Shown here piece by piece: positions 16,446 through 25,980 of a DNA stretch of 64,000 bases. Each line of letters starts with the position of its first letter. The first letter of the stretch is position 1. The notes under the pieces were generated by a model. The model worked only from the letters and a program-made list of their open reading frames with translations, was not told where the DNA came from and searched no databases. Source of the stretch: Alphaproteobacteria bacterium (GTDB taxonomy: Bacteria; Pseudomonadota; Alphaproteobacteria; MPNO01; UBA830); the NCBI GenBank assembly GCA_965243135.1, contig OZ251539.1:4352001-4416000 (forward strand), read 5' to 3'. The position numbers and the translations under genes are program-made.

Positions 16446-17513
16446 ATGCCGGTTCACGGATTCAAGGTGTTCGACGGAGACGGACACGTCCTCGAAAACG
16501 ACGGAGAGCTCGCCGAATACTACGAAGGTCGATACAAGGGACTTCGCCTCTTCGAAACCTTCGGCATATGGCCGAGCCTGGACGGCTGGGCGAGGGGATT
16601 CGTCATGGCCTCCGAGGATCGGGGCCGCAAATACACCCACACCGACGCCGCGGTCTGGGGCGAAATGCTGGAACTGATCGGCGCCGAAGGCACCGTCCTC
16701 TATCCGACCGCCGGCCTCGCCTGCGGCCTGATTTCCGATGTCGAATGGGCCGGCGCCACGGCGACCGCCTACAACAACTGGCTGGAAGACCGCTATACCA
16801 AGAAGGACGAACGTCTGTACGGCGTGGGCCTGCTGGCGGTTCAGAACCCCGAGGCGGCGGTAAGGGAAGTCGAACGCTGCGCGACCGAGCGGGTGCGCTT
16901 TCCGGCCCTGCTGATGCCGACCCAGACCTACACCGGCAAGACCTACGGCGACGAGTTCTTCTGGCCGATTTACGAAGCGGCGGAAAAGCATAACCTGCCC
17001 ATCGCCCTGCACGGTGCCCCGAGTCGCGGCCTGGGCTTCGACCACTTCGCCGAATTCGCGAAGGTGCACGCGCTCGAACACCCGTTCCCGCTGATGATCC
17101 AGCTTACCGACATCATTTTTTCGGGCGTGTTCGACCGCTTCCCAGGTCTCCGCATCGCGTTCCTCGAAGGCGGCTGCGGCTGGGTGCCGTTCATGATGGA
17201 TCGGCTCGACTACGAGTACGATTCCATTTTCGGAGCCGCCGCCCGCAAGCGCCTCAAGAAGCGGCCGTCGGATTACATTCGCGAAGGCGACAATTTCTGG
17301 GTCGCGATGGAGCTCGGCGAGAGCGCGCTCAAATACGCGATCGACGCGATGGGCCCCGATCGCATTCTCTACGCGTCGGACTACCCGCACGAGCCTACCG
17401 AGGAAGATCTGACGACCGAACTGCCGGAATTCCTCGAAAGCAACGAGTATTCGGACGAAATCAAGCGCAAGCTGGTCCACGACAACATGATCAGCTTCTA
17501 CAACCTCAACTGA
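16446..17513 (+). CDS. Amidohydrolase_2 family metal-dependent hydrolase/decarboxylase
   Basis: DGDGHVLE, AYNNWL, FWPIYEAA..LH, GVFDRFPGLRIAFLEGGCGW, YASDYPH. Confidence 0.9.
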   Translation: MPVHGFKVFDGDGHVLENDGELAEYYEGRYKGLRLFETFGIWPSLDGWARGFVMASEDRGRKYTHTDAAVWGEMLELIGAEGTVLYPTAGLACGLISDVEWAGATATAYNNWLEDRYTKKDERLYGVGLLAVQNPEAAVREVERCATERVRFPALLMPTQTYTGKTYGDEFFWPIYEAAEKHNLPIALHGAPSRGLGFDHFAEFAKVHALEHPFPLMIQLTDIIFSGVFDRFPGLRIAFLEGGCGWVPFMMDRLDYEYDSIFGAAARKRLKKRPSDYIREGDNFWVAMELGESALKYAIDAMGPDRILYASDYPHEPTEEDLTTELPEFLESNEYSDEIKRKLVHDNMISFYNLN

Positions 17514-17653
17514 ACGAAGCGCCGCGCCCGCCGGTTACGGCCGGCGCGGCGCCGTTCCCCCTGCTCCGCCCGCGAGCGGCCCCGCGCTTGACGGAGCCTT
17601 TTCCCGAACCCTAGAATCCATGCGCTGCCCCGCCGCCCGACAAGGAGACCGCC

Positions 17654-18778
17654 ATGAACCCCAAATTCATCGACCGGACGGGTTACGAAGCTCCCCAAAA
17701 GCTGGACTTGTGGGAACCGATTGTCATCACCCGAGAAGAAATCGACGAGGAGGCGGAACGGCTGGCCTCGCTGCCGAGACCGGGCAACGGACGCCGCCAG
17801 TCCCTGATCGTGCACCCCAGATGGCGCGACCTCGGGGTCGGGCCCGGGCTCAACCCGGGCGTGCGCGTGACGCTGGAAGTTCTCAAACCCGGCGAACAGA
17901 CGGCGCCGGTCCGCCACAACTCCACCCAGGTCAATTTCTGCATCCGCGGCGAGGGCCACTCCATCGTCAACGGCAAGAAGATCGGGTTCGCCGAATACGA
18001 CGTCTACAACTTCCCGTCGATGGGCACCTACTGGCACGTCAACAACTCGAAGGATCTTCATGTCCGCCTGACCTATTCGAACGCGCCGCTGCTGGAGAAG
18101 ATGAACGTTCACATCGTCGACGAGAATCCGCCGCCGGCGATGGAGCTGGTGGAGCAGGCGGAACGCGCCCGGACCGCGGAATCCGAACCCGACCCAGCCG
18201 GCAAGAGTCCCTACGGCACGTTCCAGCTCAACGACGACGGCGCATGGCTCATGCCCTACGAAACGCTGATCAACCCGGAATCGGTCGAATCGAAGGCGCT
18301 GCACTGGCCGTGGAAGGACGTGAAGCAGGAACTCGACAAGTTGACGGCGCTCGGCCCCAAATACCGCGGCCGCCGCCTCTACCTGCTGTTCAACCCGATG
18401 ACCACGCGCTTCAACGGCACGACCCCGAGTTTCTTCGCGACCATGACCGTGCGTCCGCCGAAGATCGTGGACCGGCCGCACCGGCACGTATCCTCGGCGA
18501 TCAACTACTACTTCCACGGCAGCGGACGGTCGACGGTCGAAGGCAAGGTCTACGAGTGGAAGGCCGGCGACCTGATGCTGTCGGCGCCGGGCTGGGGCGT
18601 GCACAACCACGCCTCCTACGACGAAGCCGTCTACGAGCTGACCATTCAGGACCAGCCTCTCAACATCTTCATGGAAAGCCTGCTCTGGCAGGAGGACCTC
18701 AAGCACCCCTGGTCGGTTCTCGGCGCCGATTCCGGCTTCGAGACCAACGCTGAAGAACTTCGCCAGGCGGGCGAGTAG
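17654..18778 (+). CDS. Bicupin, gentisate 1,2-dioxygenase-like
   Basis: Two cupin domains (RHNS..NFCIRGEG..YWH; HRHVSSAINY..GSG..PGWGVHNH). Confidence 0.8.
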   Translation: MNPKFIDRTGYEAPQKLDLWEPIVITREEIDEEAERLASLPRPGNGRRQSLIVHPRWRDLGVGPGLNPGVRVTLEVLKPGEQTAPVRHNSTQVNFCIRGEGHSIVNGKKIGFAEYDVYNFPSMGTYWHVNNSKDLHVRLTYSNAPLLEKMNVHIVDENPPPAMELVEQAERARTAESEPDPAGKSPYGTFQLNDDGAWLMPYETLINPESVESKALHWPWKDVKQELDKLTALGPKYRGRRLYLLFNPMTTRFNGTTPSFFATMTVRPPKIVDRPHRHVSSAINYYFHGSGRSTVEGKVYEWKAGDLMLSAPGWGVHNHASYDEAVYELTIQDQPLNIFMESLLWQEDLKHPWSVLGADSGFETNAEELRQAGE

Positions 18779-18814
18779 ACCGCCTCCGCCCAACGACTCC
18801 GGGAGACGGCCGAC

Positions 18815-19741
18815 ATGATGAAACTGCCGAAAGATTTCCTGCGCGGATCCGTCCCGCCGCTGATCACCCCCCTCCGCAACGGAAAGATCGATTACGATGC
18901 CTATGCCGGGATGGTGGAGTTCCAGGTTCGAAACGGCTCGCACGGCATTCTCGTCAACGGCACCACTTCGGAGCCCGCGACTCTGACGCTCGAGGAACGC
19001 AACCGCATCGTCGATGTCGCGGTCGAAGCCTGCACAGGCAAGCTGCCCGTCGTCGCGGCCACCGGCTCGCAATCGCTCGCCGAGACCCAGGCACTGACGG
19101 CGCATGCCGAAAAGGCGGGAGCCGACGCGCTTCTGATCGTAACTCCGTATTACACGCGCCCGCCGCAGCGCGGCCTGGTCGAATACTACAAAACGCTCGG
19201 CCGGGAGACCTCCCTGCCGTGGCTGATCTATCACATTCCCGGCCGGGCGGCCGTGTCGGTGACCCTCGATACGCTGCGGCGGATTTCCGAGGCGTGCCCT
19301 AATTTCGTGGGAATGAAGCATGCCGTGGACGATCTCGGCTACGCGTCGACCTGCCTCGACGCCTTCGGCATGGAGTTCCGCATCTTCGTCGGCCTCGAGG
19401 ATCTCAGCTATCCGATGATGGCGGTCGGCGCCTGCGGGTTAATGAACGCGGTGGGGAACCTGCAGCCCAAGAAGCTGGCGCGCATGTGCGAGGCGGTGTG
19501 GTCGGGCGACCTCAAGAAGGCGCGGAAGCTGCATTACGAACTGTTCGAGATCAATCAGGCGGTGTTCTTCGACACCAACCCCGTCCCCATCAAATACATG
19601 ATGAAGAAGCTGGGAATCATCCCCAGAAACGAACATCGCCTGCCCATGTCCCCGGCGACGCGGGAGCTGGCGAAACGCCTTGACGGCGTGCTCGAACGCG
19701 CGGGCCTTGCCGGAGGCGGCAAGACGAGGAAAGCTGCCTGA
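18815..19741 (+). CDS. DHDPS/NAL-family class I aldolase (DapA/HpaI-like)
   Basis: GTTSE, VTPYY, IYHIPGR, GMKHA (Schiff-base Lys), TNPVPIK. The context suggests a catabolic aldolase. Confidence 0.85.
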   Translation: MMKLPKDFLRGSVPPLITPLRNGKIDYDAYAGMVEFQVRNGSHGILVNGTTSEPATLTLEERNRIVDVAVEACTGKLPVVAATGSQSLAETQALTAHAEKAGADALLIVTPYYTRPPQRGLVEYYKTLGRETSLPWLIYHIPGRAAVSVTLDTLRRISEACPNFVGMKHAVDDLGYASTCLDAFGMEFRIFVGLEDLSYPMMAVGACGLMNAVGNLQPKKLARMCEAVWSGDLKKARKLHYELFEINQAVFFDTNPVPIKYMMKKLGIIPRNEHRLPMSPATRELAKRLDGVLERAGLAGGGKTRKAA

Positions 19742-19807
19742 CCGGCCCGACAAAAACGGCGCAGCGCAAACGGCTCGATTTCATTGCGGCTTCGCGAAGG
19801 AAACAGG

Positions 19808-20278
19808 ATGGATGTCCTTGTCGCCGATGAAGTTTGGATCGCTACCGCGCTGCTCCACCGCCGCTATCCGGAGAGGGAAGACTTCGCCGTTTCCAAGATC
19901 ATCCGGCAGGCGGAAGCGGAAAGCGTCACCGGTCGCCACTCCCTGCGCCCCAGTTTTCGGGACTACGCCTATCTTCACTGCGTCGCCAACAAGGAGCCTG
20001 GAACCGTAAGGCATCGGATGCTTCTGGAGACGGCGAAGGGACGCCGACGCTTGTTCAAGCCAAGGGATCCGTGCCATCGCCGCCGCCTTTCGGGCAAGGA
20101 CGCTCTGCACGTCGACGACGTCCCGGCAGCCTATCGGAAGTTCATCGAGTGGTACCGCAAAGAATACGCGGGCGCGAGCGGCGAGACGGATCCAATCCTG
20201 TCCCTGCGCGGGCTCGGCAAGAAGATCCGGACGGATGAAAACGCCGACGCCTATGTCGAGCGGCTTAGGGGGACATAG
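19808..20278 (+). CDS. Hypothetical protein, probable antitoxin partner of the downstream PIN gene
   Basis: VADEVWIATALLH...HCVAN...RML...RRLF; C-terminal DPILSLRGLGK..ADAYVERLR is VapB-like; directly upstream of the PIN remnant. Confidence 0.65.
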   Translation: MDVLVADEVWIATALLHRRYPEREDFAVSKIIRQAEAESVTGRHSLRPSFRDYAYLHCVANKEPGTVRHRMLLETAKGRRRLFKPRDPCHRRRLSGKDALHVDDVPAAYRKFIEWYRKEYAGASGETDPILSLRGLGKKIRTDENADAYVERLRGT

Positions 20279-20280
20279 AG

Positions 20281-20689
20281 GTAAGCAAGATCTTCCAGAA
20301 CACGAACCTTTTCGTGTATCTGGTGGAAGGCGGCGCAGAGGCGGACAGGGTCGCAACGCTGCGCCGCCGGATGCTCAAGCGCGGCGACGAATTGTTGACG
20401 TCGGCGCTCACGCTCGGCGAACTTCTCGTCAAACTCGCGGAAGAGGGAGATACGACCCTGGTGCGCCGCTACGAACAGGCCATCAGCCGCAACGGTTTTG
20501 CCATTCGATCTCCGCGCCGCTCCACGGTTCTCGGAGATCCGGCGGGCAATTCGGGCACCGGACGCCATCCAACTCGCCTGCGCTGCGGTGGCCGGCACGG
20601 ACATGTTCGTGACCAACGACCAGCGCCTGAGCAGGAAGATCGTCGCCGGAATCCATTTCATCCAGTCTCTTGAGCAAGCGACGCTGTGA
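20281..20689 (+). pseudogene. VapC/PIN toxin, frameshifted
   Basis: SKIFQNTNLFVYLVE..TSALTLGELLVK in one frame, then PFD..PDAIQLACA..FVTNDQRL in the +1 frame (shift near 20495). Start codon reads GTA and the first catalytic Asp reads Asn. Confidence 0.8.
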
Positions 20690-20902
20690 GGAGAGCGGGC
20701 TCGTGCGGCTTGCACTTTGAGATTCGTCGCCAGTCCCGTCCGGACGGACCGGCTTTTGCAACGAAGAAACCTCGGACGCGCCGGCCTCGGTTACGGCAAG
20801 TCCGCTCGTAAAGGGCGCGAACCGGGCGAAAATTTTTGGAAGGCGGCGCGGCCCGCGGCCGCCCCGCGTCTGCTTCCGCCCTGTTCCTTTGGCATGCCGA
20901 AA

Positions 20903-23197
20903 TCAATCCGCAGTCGCGCAACGGTCGCGCGAGGCGAGCGTCCGGCGAACCAGATCCGGCGCGACAGGCAGGCAAGCGACCGCGCCGGGCAATCCGATCG
21001 CGTCGTCGACCGCAGCGGCGATCGCAGCGCCGGCCGCATTGATGCCGCCCTCGCCCGCCCCCTTCACGCCGAGAGGGTTGAGCGGACTCGGCGCGTCTTC
21101 GGTCACGAACGCCTCGATCTTGGGGATCTCGCCGACCGTCGGGATCAGGTAGTCCATGAAAGTGGCCGCCAGCGGCTGGCCTGAGGAATCGTAAACGAAC
21201 CGTTCGTAGAGCGCGCCGCCGATGCCCTGGGCGGCGCCTCCGACCAATTGTCCTTCGACGAGCATCGGGTTGACCGCCTTACCGACGTCGTAACCGACGA
21301 AAAACCGTTCGACGTCGATGCCGGCGGTTTCCGGATCGACGCGGACGACCGCGACATGGACCCCGTATGGGTAAGCCATATGATCCGCCTCGAACGTCCC
21401 TTCGACCGAAAGCGGCTGGTCGCAGGTCGCGTAGTGGTGACGCGCCACCTCGGCCAGATTCGCGGAAGGTCCCGCGTTGGTCCCTGACATGCGAACGACG
21501 CCGTCCTGGATATCGAGGGCTTCCGCCCGCAGTTGCAAAAGGCCGGCGGCGATCCGGAGGAGCTTTTCCTTCATTTTCGCCGCGGCGACATGAACGGCGG
21601 AACCGGTCATTACCGTGACGCGGGACGCGAACGCCCCCAGCCCGCGATCGATCCGGTCGGTGCGGCCGTGCACAACGCGAACCTTGGACAGATCCGTGCC
21701 CAGCGTGTCCGCGCATACCTGCGCCAAGGCGGTTTCTACGCCCTGACCGACGGACGCCGCTCCGGTGACGATTTCGAGAACGCCCGACGCGTCCATCTCC
21801 AGCCGGGCGGTATCGGAAGGACCGAGCCCGCTTTTCTCCACGAAAAAAGCCGCGCCGGCACCGACCAGTTCGCCCGTCGCGCGGCGCTCGGAGAGCTGCT
21901 TCCTGATCGCGTCGTAATCGATCGCGTCGAGCGTCTTGTCGAGAAGACGGGCATAGTCGCCGGAATCGTACTCGACCTCGGTTCCGATGGCGTCGAGACC
22001 GCGCGCGAAGGGCATCCTGTCGACCGGCACGAAATTGAGGCGGCGCACTTCCAGGGGATCCATGCTCAGCCTGTGCGCCACGGCATCCATCAGCCGTTCC
22101 CTGACGAAGGTGCTTTCGTAGCGGCCGGGCGCGCGGTAAGTGCCGGCCGGCGTCTTGTTGGTCAGCCTGATATGCCCCCGCGCGCGATAGGCGGGATAGA
22201 GGTAAGGCCCGGGCAGGAACGCGGCAGTGAGATCGGACACGGTAGCGGCATGGGTGCGGACGTAAGCGCCCTGATCCACCCAGAACTCGCAGTCGACCGC
22301 CGTCACGAAGCCGGTTTCGTCGACGGCGGCGCGAACGCTGTGCACCTGATCCCTTGAATGATTGGCGGCGATCAAATGCTCCAGACGGTCTTCGATCCAC
22401 TTGATCGGCCGCTCCAGGCGACGCGCCGCCAGGCACAGCAACACGTCCTCGGGATAGAGTTCGCCGCGCACCCCGAAACCGCCGCCGACATGACTCTCGT
22501 AAAGATGAAGGTTCTCCGGTTTCAGATCGAGTAGCGCGATCAGCGCCAGACGGTTCAGATGGGGAATCTTGGATGCGCCGTAGACCTCCAGAAGATCCTT
22601 TTCCGCATCCCAGGTCGCCACCCCGCCTCGCGTCTCGAGCGGCACGCCCGTGTGGCGACCGACTTCGAGTTCGAGCGAAACGATTTGCGCGGCGCGGTCG
22701 AACGCGCCGTCGACATCGCCGCAGCCTTTTTCGATCACCGCGGCTTCGGTGGTCAGCCCGGGCCCGAAAGTCCCCGGCGGATCCGTCGACCGGACGGTCG
22801 GCGGAAGCTCCTCGATCCGAGCGGTCACCAGCTCCGCCGCGTCCTCCGCCAGATAGGCGTCCTCGGCGAAAACCGCGGCGATCGGCTCGCCCACATAGCG
22901 CACGTCTTGCTCCGCCAGTATCGGTTGCCGGTAGGGTTCCAGACCCTCGACCCTGACCTGCCGGAAGTCGATCGGAGGTATTCCGGCGGTGTCGGCAGCC
23001 GTCCAGACAGCCGCAACGCCCGGCATCCGCGCCGCCTCGTCCGTATCGATTCCAAGGACGCGTCCTCGAGCCACGGGCGCGCGCACCACGCGCATGTGGA
23101 GTTGGTCGGGAAAGGAGATGTCGCCCGCGAACTTCGCGGTTCCTCGAAGAAGCGGCAGGTCTTCCAGACGCTTTTCCGGCCTGCCGATCCGGTTCAA
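20903..23197 (-). CDS. Xanthine-dehydrogenase/CoxL-like molybdopterin large subunit (L2)
   Basis: VGGGFG, TYRAPGR, SVGQG, AFASR, GQLVGGAAQGIG, KGAGEGG. Confidence 0.92.
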   Translation of the reverse strand: MNRIGRPEKRLEDLPLLRGTAKFAGDISFPDQLHMRVVRAPVARGRVLGIDTDEAARMPGVAAVWTAADTAGIPPIDFRQVRVEGLEPYRQPILAEQDVRYVGEPIAAVFAEDAYLAEDAAELVTARIEELPPTVRSTDPPGTFGPGLTTEAAVIEKGCGDVDGAFDRAAQIVSLELEVGRHTGVPLETRGGVATWDAEKDLLEVYGASKIPHLNRLALIALLDLKPENLHLYESHVGGGFGVRGELYPEDVLLCLAARRLERPIKWIEDRLEHLIAANHSRDQVHSVRAAVDETGFVTAVDCEFWVDQGAYVRTHAATVSDLTAAFLPGPYLYPAYRARGHIRLTNKTPAGTYRAPGRYESTFVRERLMDAVAHRLSMDPLEVRRLNFVPVDRMPFARGLDAIGTEVEYDSGDYARLLDKTLDAIDYDAIRKQLSERRATGELVGAGAAFFVEKSGLGPSDTARLEMDASGVLEIVTGAASVGQGVETALAQVCADTLGTDLSKVRVVHGRTDRIDRGLGAFASRVTVMTGSAVHVAAAKMKEKLLRIAAGLLQLRAEALDIQDGVVRMSGTNAGPSANLAEVARHHYATCDQPLSVEGTFEADHMAYPYGVHVAVVRVDPETAGIDVERFFVGYDVGKAVNPMLVEGQLVGGAAQGIGGALYERFVYDSSGQPLAATFMDYLIPTVGEIPKIEAFVTEDAPSPLNPLGVKGAGEGGINAAGAAIAAAVDDAIGLPGAVACLPVAPDLVRRTLASRDRCATAD

Positions 23198-23201
23198 TGC
23201 C

Positions 23202-23669
23202 TCATTGCTCCATCACGGCGCGCACTGCCTTGAAAATATTCTGGTAACCCGTGCAGCGGCATAAATTGGACGAAAGGGCCCGGCGCAGGCCCGCATCGTC
23301 CAGACGTTCATTCTTCTCGAAAAGGGCGACCGCCAGCATGAGGAAACCCGGAGTGCAGAAACCGCATTGCAAAGCATGATGATCCCGGAACGCCTGCTGC
23401 AGCGGATGCAGTTCGTCCCCGTCGGCCAACCCTTCGACCGTGCGAATTGCGCGTCCGCCTGCTTGGACGGCGAACATCAGGCAAGACCTCACCGGTTCTC
23501 CATCTAGCAGCACCGTGCATGCGCCGCAGACGCCATGCTCGCAGCCCAGATGCGTGCCGGTCAACCCGCAATCGTCGCGCAGCGCATCGGCCAGCGTACG
23601 GCGCGGCTCGACGCTTATCGGGCGGGTCTCGCCGTTAACCGTCAGCGTTATGTCGATCTTTTCCGCCAT
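23202..23669 (-). CDS. (2Fe-2S) small subunit, CoxS-like
   Basis: GCEHGVCGAC..SC, QCGFCTPG, NLCRCTGY. Confidence 0.95.
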   Translation of the reverse strand: MAEKIDITLTVNGETRPISVEPRRTLADALRDDCGLTGTHLGCEHGVCGACTVLLDGEPVRSCLMFAVQAGGRAIRTVEGLADGDELHPLQQAFRDHHALQCGFCTPGFLMLAVALFEKNERLDDAGLRRALSSNLCRCTGYQNIFKAVRAVMEQ

Positions 23670-25980
23670 GGCCGCTCGCCGCGCTGTTTCTGATCAGTTT
23701 CCGAATCCGCTGCGGAGTCGCAGGCATCTCGAACAATCTTGCGCCGAACGGAGCCAAAGCGTCGTTGATCGCGTTGATCACGGCCGCGGGCGCCCCGATC
23801 AGCCCGCCTTCGCCCAAACCCTTTGCGCCGCTCACGGAAGCGTCCGTGACCGTTTCGAGATGATGTATTTCGAGTTCGGGTATTTCCGCCATCGTGGGAG
23901 GAAGAAAATCCGCAAGCGTCGTCGTCAGAATTTCCCCCGCGTCGTCGTAAACGATCTCCTCGAACAGGGCAGCGGCGATTCCCTGAGCGACCCCGCCGTG
24001 GATCTGACCCTCGGCGATCGTCGGGTTGATCAGCCGGCCGGCATCCTCCACGACCACGAAACGTTCGAGCTCGACGCCCCCTGTTTCCGGATCGACCTCG
24101 ACGACGGCCGCATGGCAGGCGTTCGAGAAAGTCCCGGCGGGATCGTACGTCGCGGCGGCGGCCAGTCCGGCGGCCGCGTCTTCCCCGAACTGGTGCGACT
24201 GGTGATGCGCCTGACGGGCGATTTCGGAGATCGTCACGGTCGCCCCCGAGCCCGCGGCGCGCGCCCGCCCGCTCTCAAGAACGACATCGCCGGGATCCGT
24301 CTGCAGGAGCTTTGCGCCGAACCGCTTCAGCCTTTCCCCAAGCCGCGCGGCCGCCAGCTTGCAGGCACCTCCGGAAATGACGATCGAGCGGCTGGCGAAC
24401 GTGCCCCAACCGTAAGGCGTCCTGTCGGTATCGCCATGGACGATACGCACGTCTTCGATATCCATCCCCAGTTCGTCCGCGACGATCTGGGAAAGCGCGG
24501 TCCGGAGTCCCTGGCCGTGAGGCGACGCGCCGATCCGCGCCTCTACGAAACCGGAGGGGTCCATGACGATATCCACGCGCTCGTACCCCGGCGTGATCTC
24601 CATGGAACGCGCGGCGAAAGCGGGCGTGCCGTAACCGGTTCGTTCGGAAAACACCGAAAAGCCGATCCCCCTGTAGCGGCCGGCGGCGCGCGCCGCTTCC
24701 TGTTCGCGACGGAACGCTTCCAGATCGATCGACCGCTCCGCCAGTTCGAGCGACTCGCGATAGGAACCTTCGTCGTAAACCAGCCCTGTCGCGGAGCGAT
24801 ACGGAAAGGTCGAAATCAGGTTGCGGCGCCTGATCTCGGGCTTTTCGATTCCGAAGCGGCTCGCCGCTTCGTCCATCAATCTTTCCATGGCCAGAGTGAG
24901 CACCGGCCGCGAGACGCCGCGATACGGCGCCATGGGACAGGTATGAGTGGCGACGCCGCGCGCCCTCACCTTGTACTCCCTGAAATCGTAGGGACCGGGC
25001 AGTTCCGCCATCGCCATCAGGGGTTCGACCCCGCAAGTGACCGGATAACAGGAATAGGCTCCCACATTGCAGCGCAGATCCGCGTCCACGGCGAGCAACC
25101 GCGCCTCCGCGTCGAAGGCGCCGCGGATCAGATAGTGCTGATCGCGCGAGTGAAACGACGCCATCAGGTTCTCGTGGCGATCCTCGATCCACGAGAAAGC
25201 GTCCTTGAACCGCAACGCGGCCCACACCGTTAAGACATGTTCCGGCGCCAGCGACATTTTCTGTCCGAACGCGCCTCCGACGTCCGGCGCGACGACGCGC
25301 AGATCGGCCTCGGGAATGCCAAGCGAATCGGCGATACCGGTCCGCAGCATGTGCGGCATCTGGTGGGAAGCGTGCAGAGTCACCCGGCGGGCGGACGGAT
25401 CCCAGGCCGCAACGGCGGCGCGCGCTTCGAGCGGCAACGCCGCCTGCCGACGGGAGCGAACGTCGATGTCGACGATTTCCGCCGCCTGCCCGAAAGCGGC
25501 ACCAACGCCGTCGGTTTCGATGCGGCCGTCGACGAGCACGTTTTCCGGCGCCTGCGCATGCACTGTCGGCGCATCCCGTTCGAGAGCGCGGTCGACATCG
25601 ACGACGGCTTCCGCCGACTCGATGTCGACGAACACTTCGTCGGCGACGTCCTCGGCCTGTTCGGGCGTGTCCGCGATCACTGCGGCGACAGGTTCGCCGA
25701 CGTACCTGACCCGCTCGCCGGCGAGGATCGGTTGGCGGACCGGGACGTAGTCACGCCGGTGCAGCACCGGGCAGATCGGATCGACTCCGTCAAGATCGGC
25801 CGCCGTCACGACGGTCGCGCCCCGAGGCGTTCCAATCTTCTTGATGCGGCCGCAGGCCACCGGGCTGCGGACGAACCGAATCGTTTTGGCCGAATGCGCG
25901 ACGTCGGCGACAAACGCGCCTTCGCCGCGAACCAGCACGGGATCCTCGAGCCTCGGGATCGGGCGTCCGATCCAGCTCAT
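23635..25980 (-). CDS. Xanthine-dehydrogenase/CoxL-like molybdopterin large subunit (L1)
   Basis: SHQMPH, VGGAFGQK, PYRGVSRP, PHGQG, TFASRS, GQIHGGVAQG, KGLGEGG. Confidence 0.92.
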   Translation of the reverse strand: MSWIGRPIPRLEDPVLVRGEGAFVADVAHSAKTIRFVRSPVACGRIKKIGTPRGATVVTAADLDGVDPICPVLHRRDYVPVRQPILAGERVRYVGEPVAAVIADTPEQAEDVADEVFVDIESAEAVVDVDRALERDAPTVHAQAPENVLVDGRIETDGVGAAFGQAAEIVDIDVRSRRQAALPLEARAAVAAWDPSARRVTLHASHQMPHMLRTGIADSLGIPEADLRVVAPDVGGAFGQKMSLAPEHVLTVWAALRFKDAFSWIEDRHENLMASFHSRDQHYLIRGAFDAEARLLAVDADLRCNVGAYSCYPVTCGVEPLMAMAELPGPYDFREYKVRARGVATHTCPMAPYRGVSRPVLTLAMERLMDEAASRFGIEKPEIRRRNLISTFPYRSATGLVYDEGSYRESLELAERSIDLEAFRREQEAARAAGRYRGIGFSVFSERTGYGTPAFAARSMEITPGYERVDIVMDPSGFVEARIGASPHGQGLRTALSQIVADELGMDIEDVRIVHGDTDRTPYGWGTFASRSIVISGGACKLAAARLGERLKRFGAKLLQTDPGDVVLESGRARAAGSGATVTISEIARQAHHQSHQFGEDAAAGLAAAATYDPAGTFSNACHAAVVEVDPETGGVELERFVVVEDAGRLINPTIAEGQIHGGVAQGIAAALFEEIVYDDAGEILTTTLADFLPPTMAEIPELEIHHLETVTDASVSGAKGLGEGGLIGAPAAVINAINDALAPFGARLFEMPATPQRIRKLIRNSAASGHGGKDRHNADG

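Noticed and set aside
17517-17556. GC-rich hairpin after the amidohydrolase as a terminator or REP element
   Set aside because: No U-tract, and I found no further copies by eye.
18815-19741. Housekeeping dapA
   Set aside because: The family is clear, but the catabolic context and the KHA motif make lysine biosynthesis uncertain, so no symbol was assigned.
20903-25980. Aerobic CO dehydrogenase (coxMSL)
   Set aside because: No large subunit has the form I AYxCSFR loop, and no coxDEFG genes are nearby.
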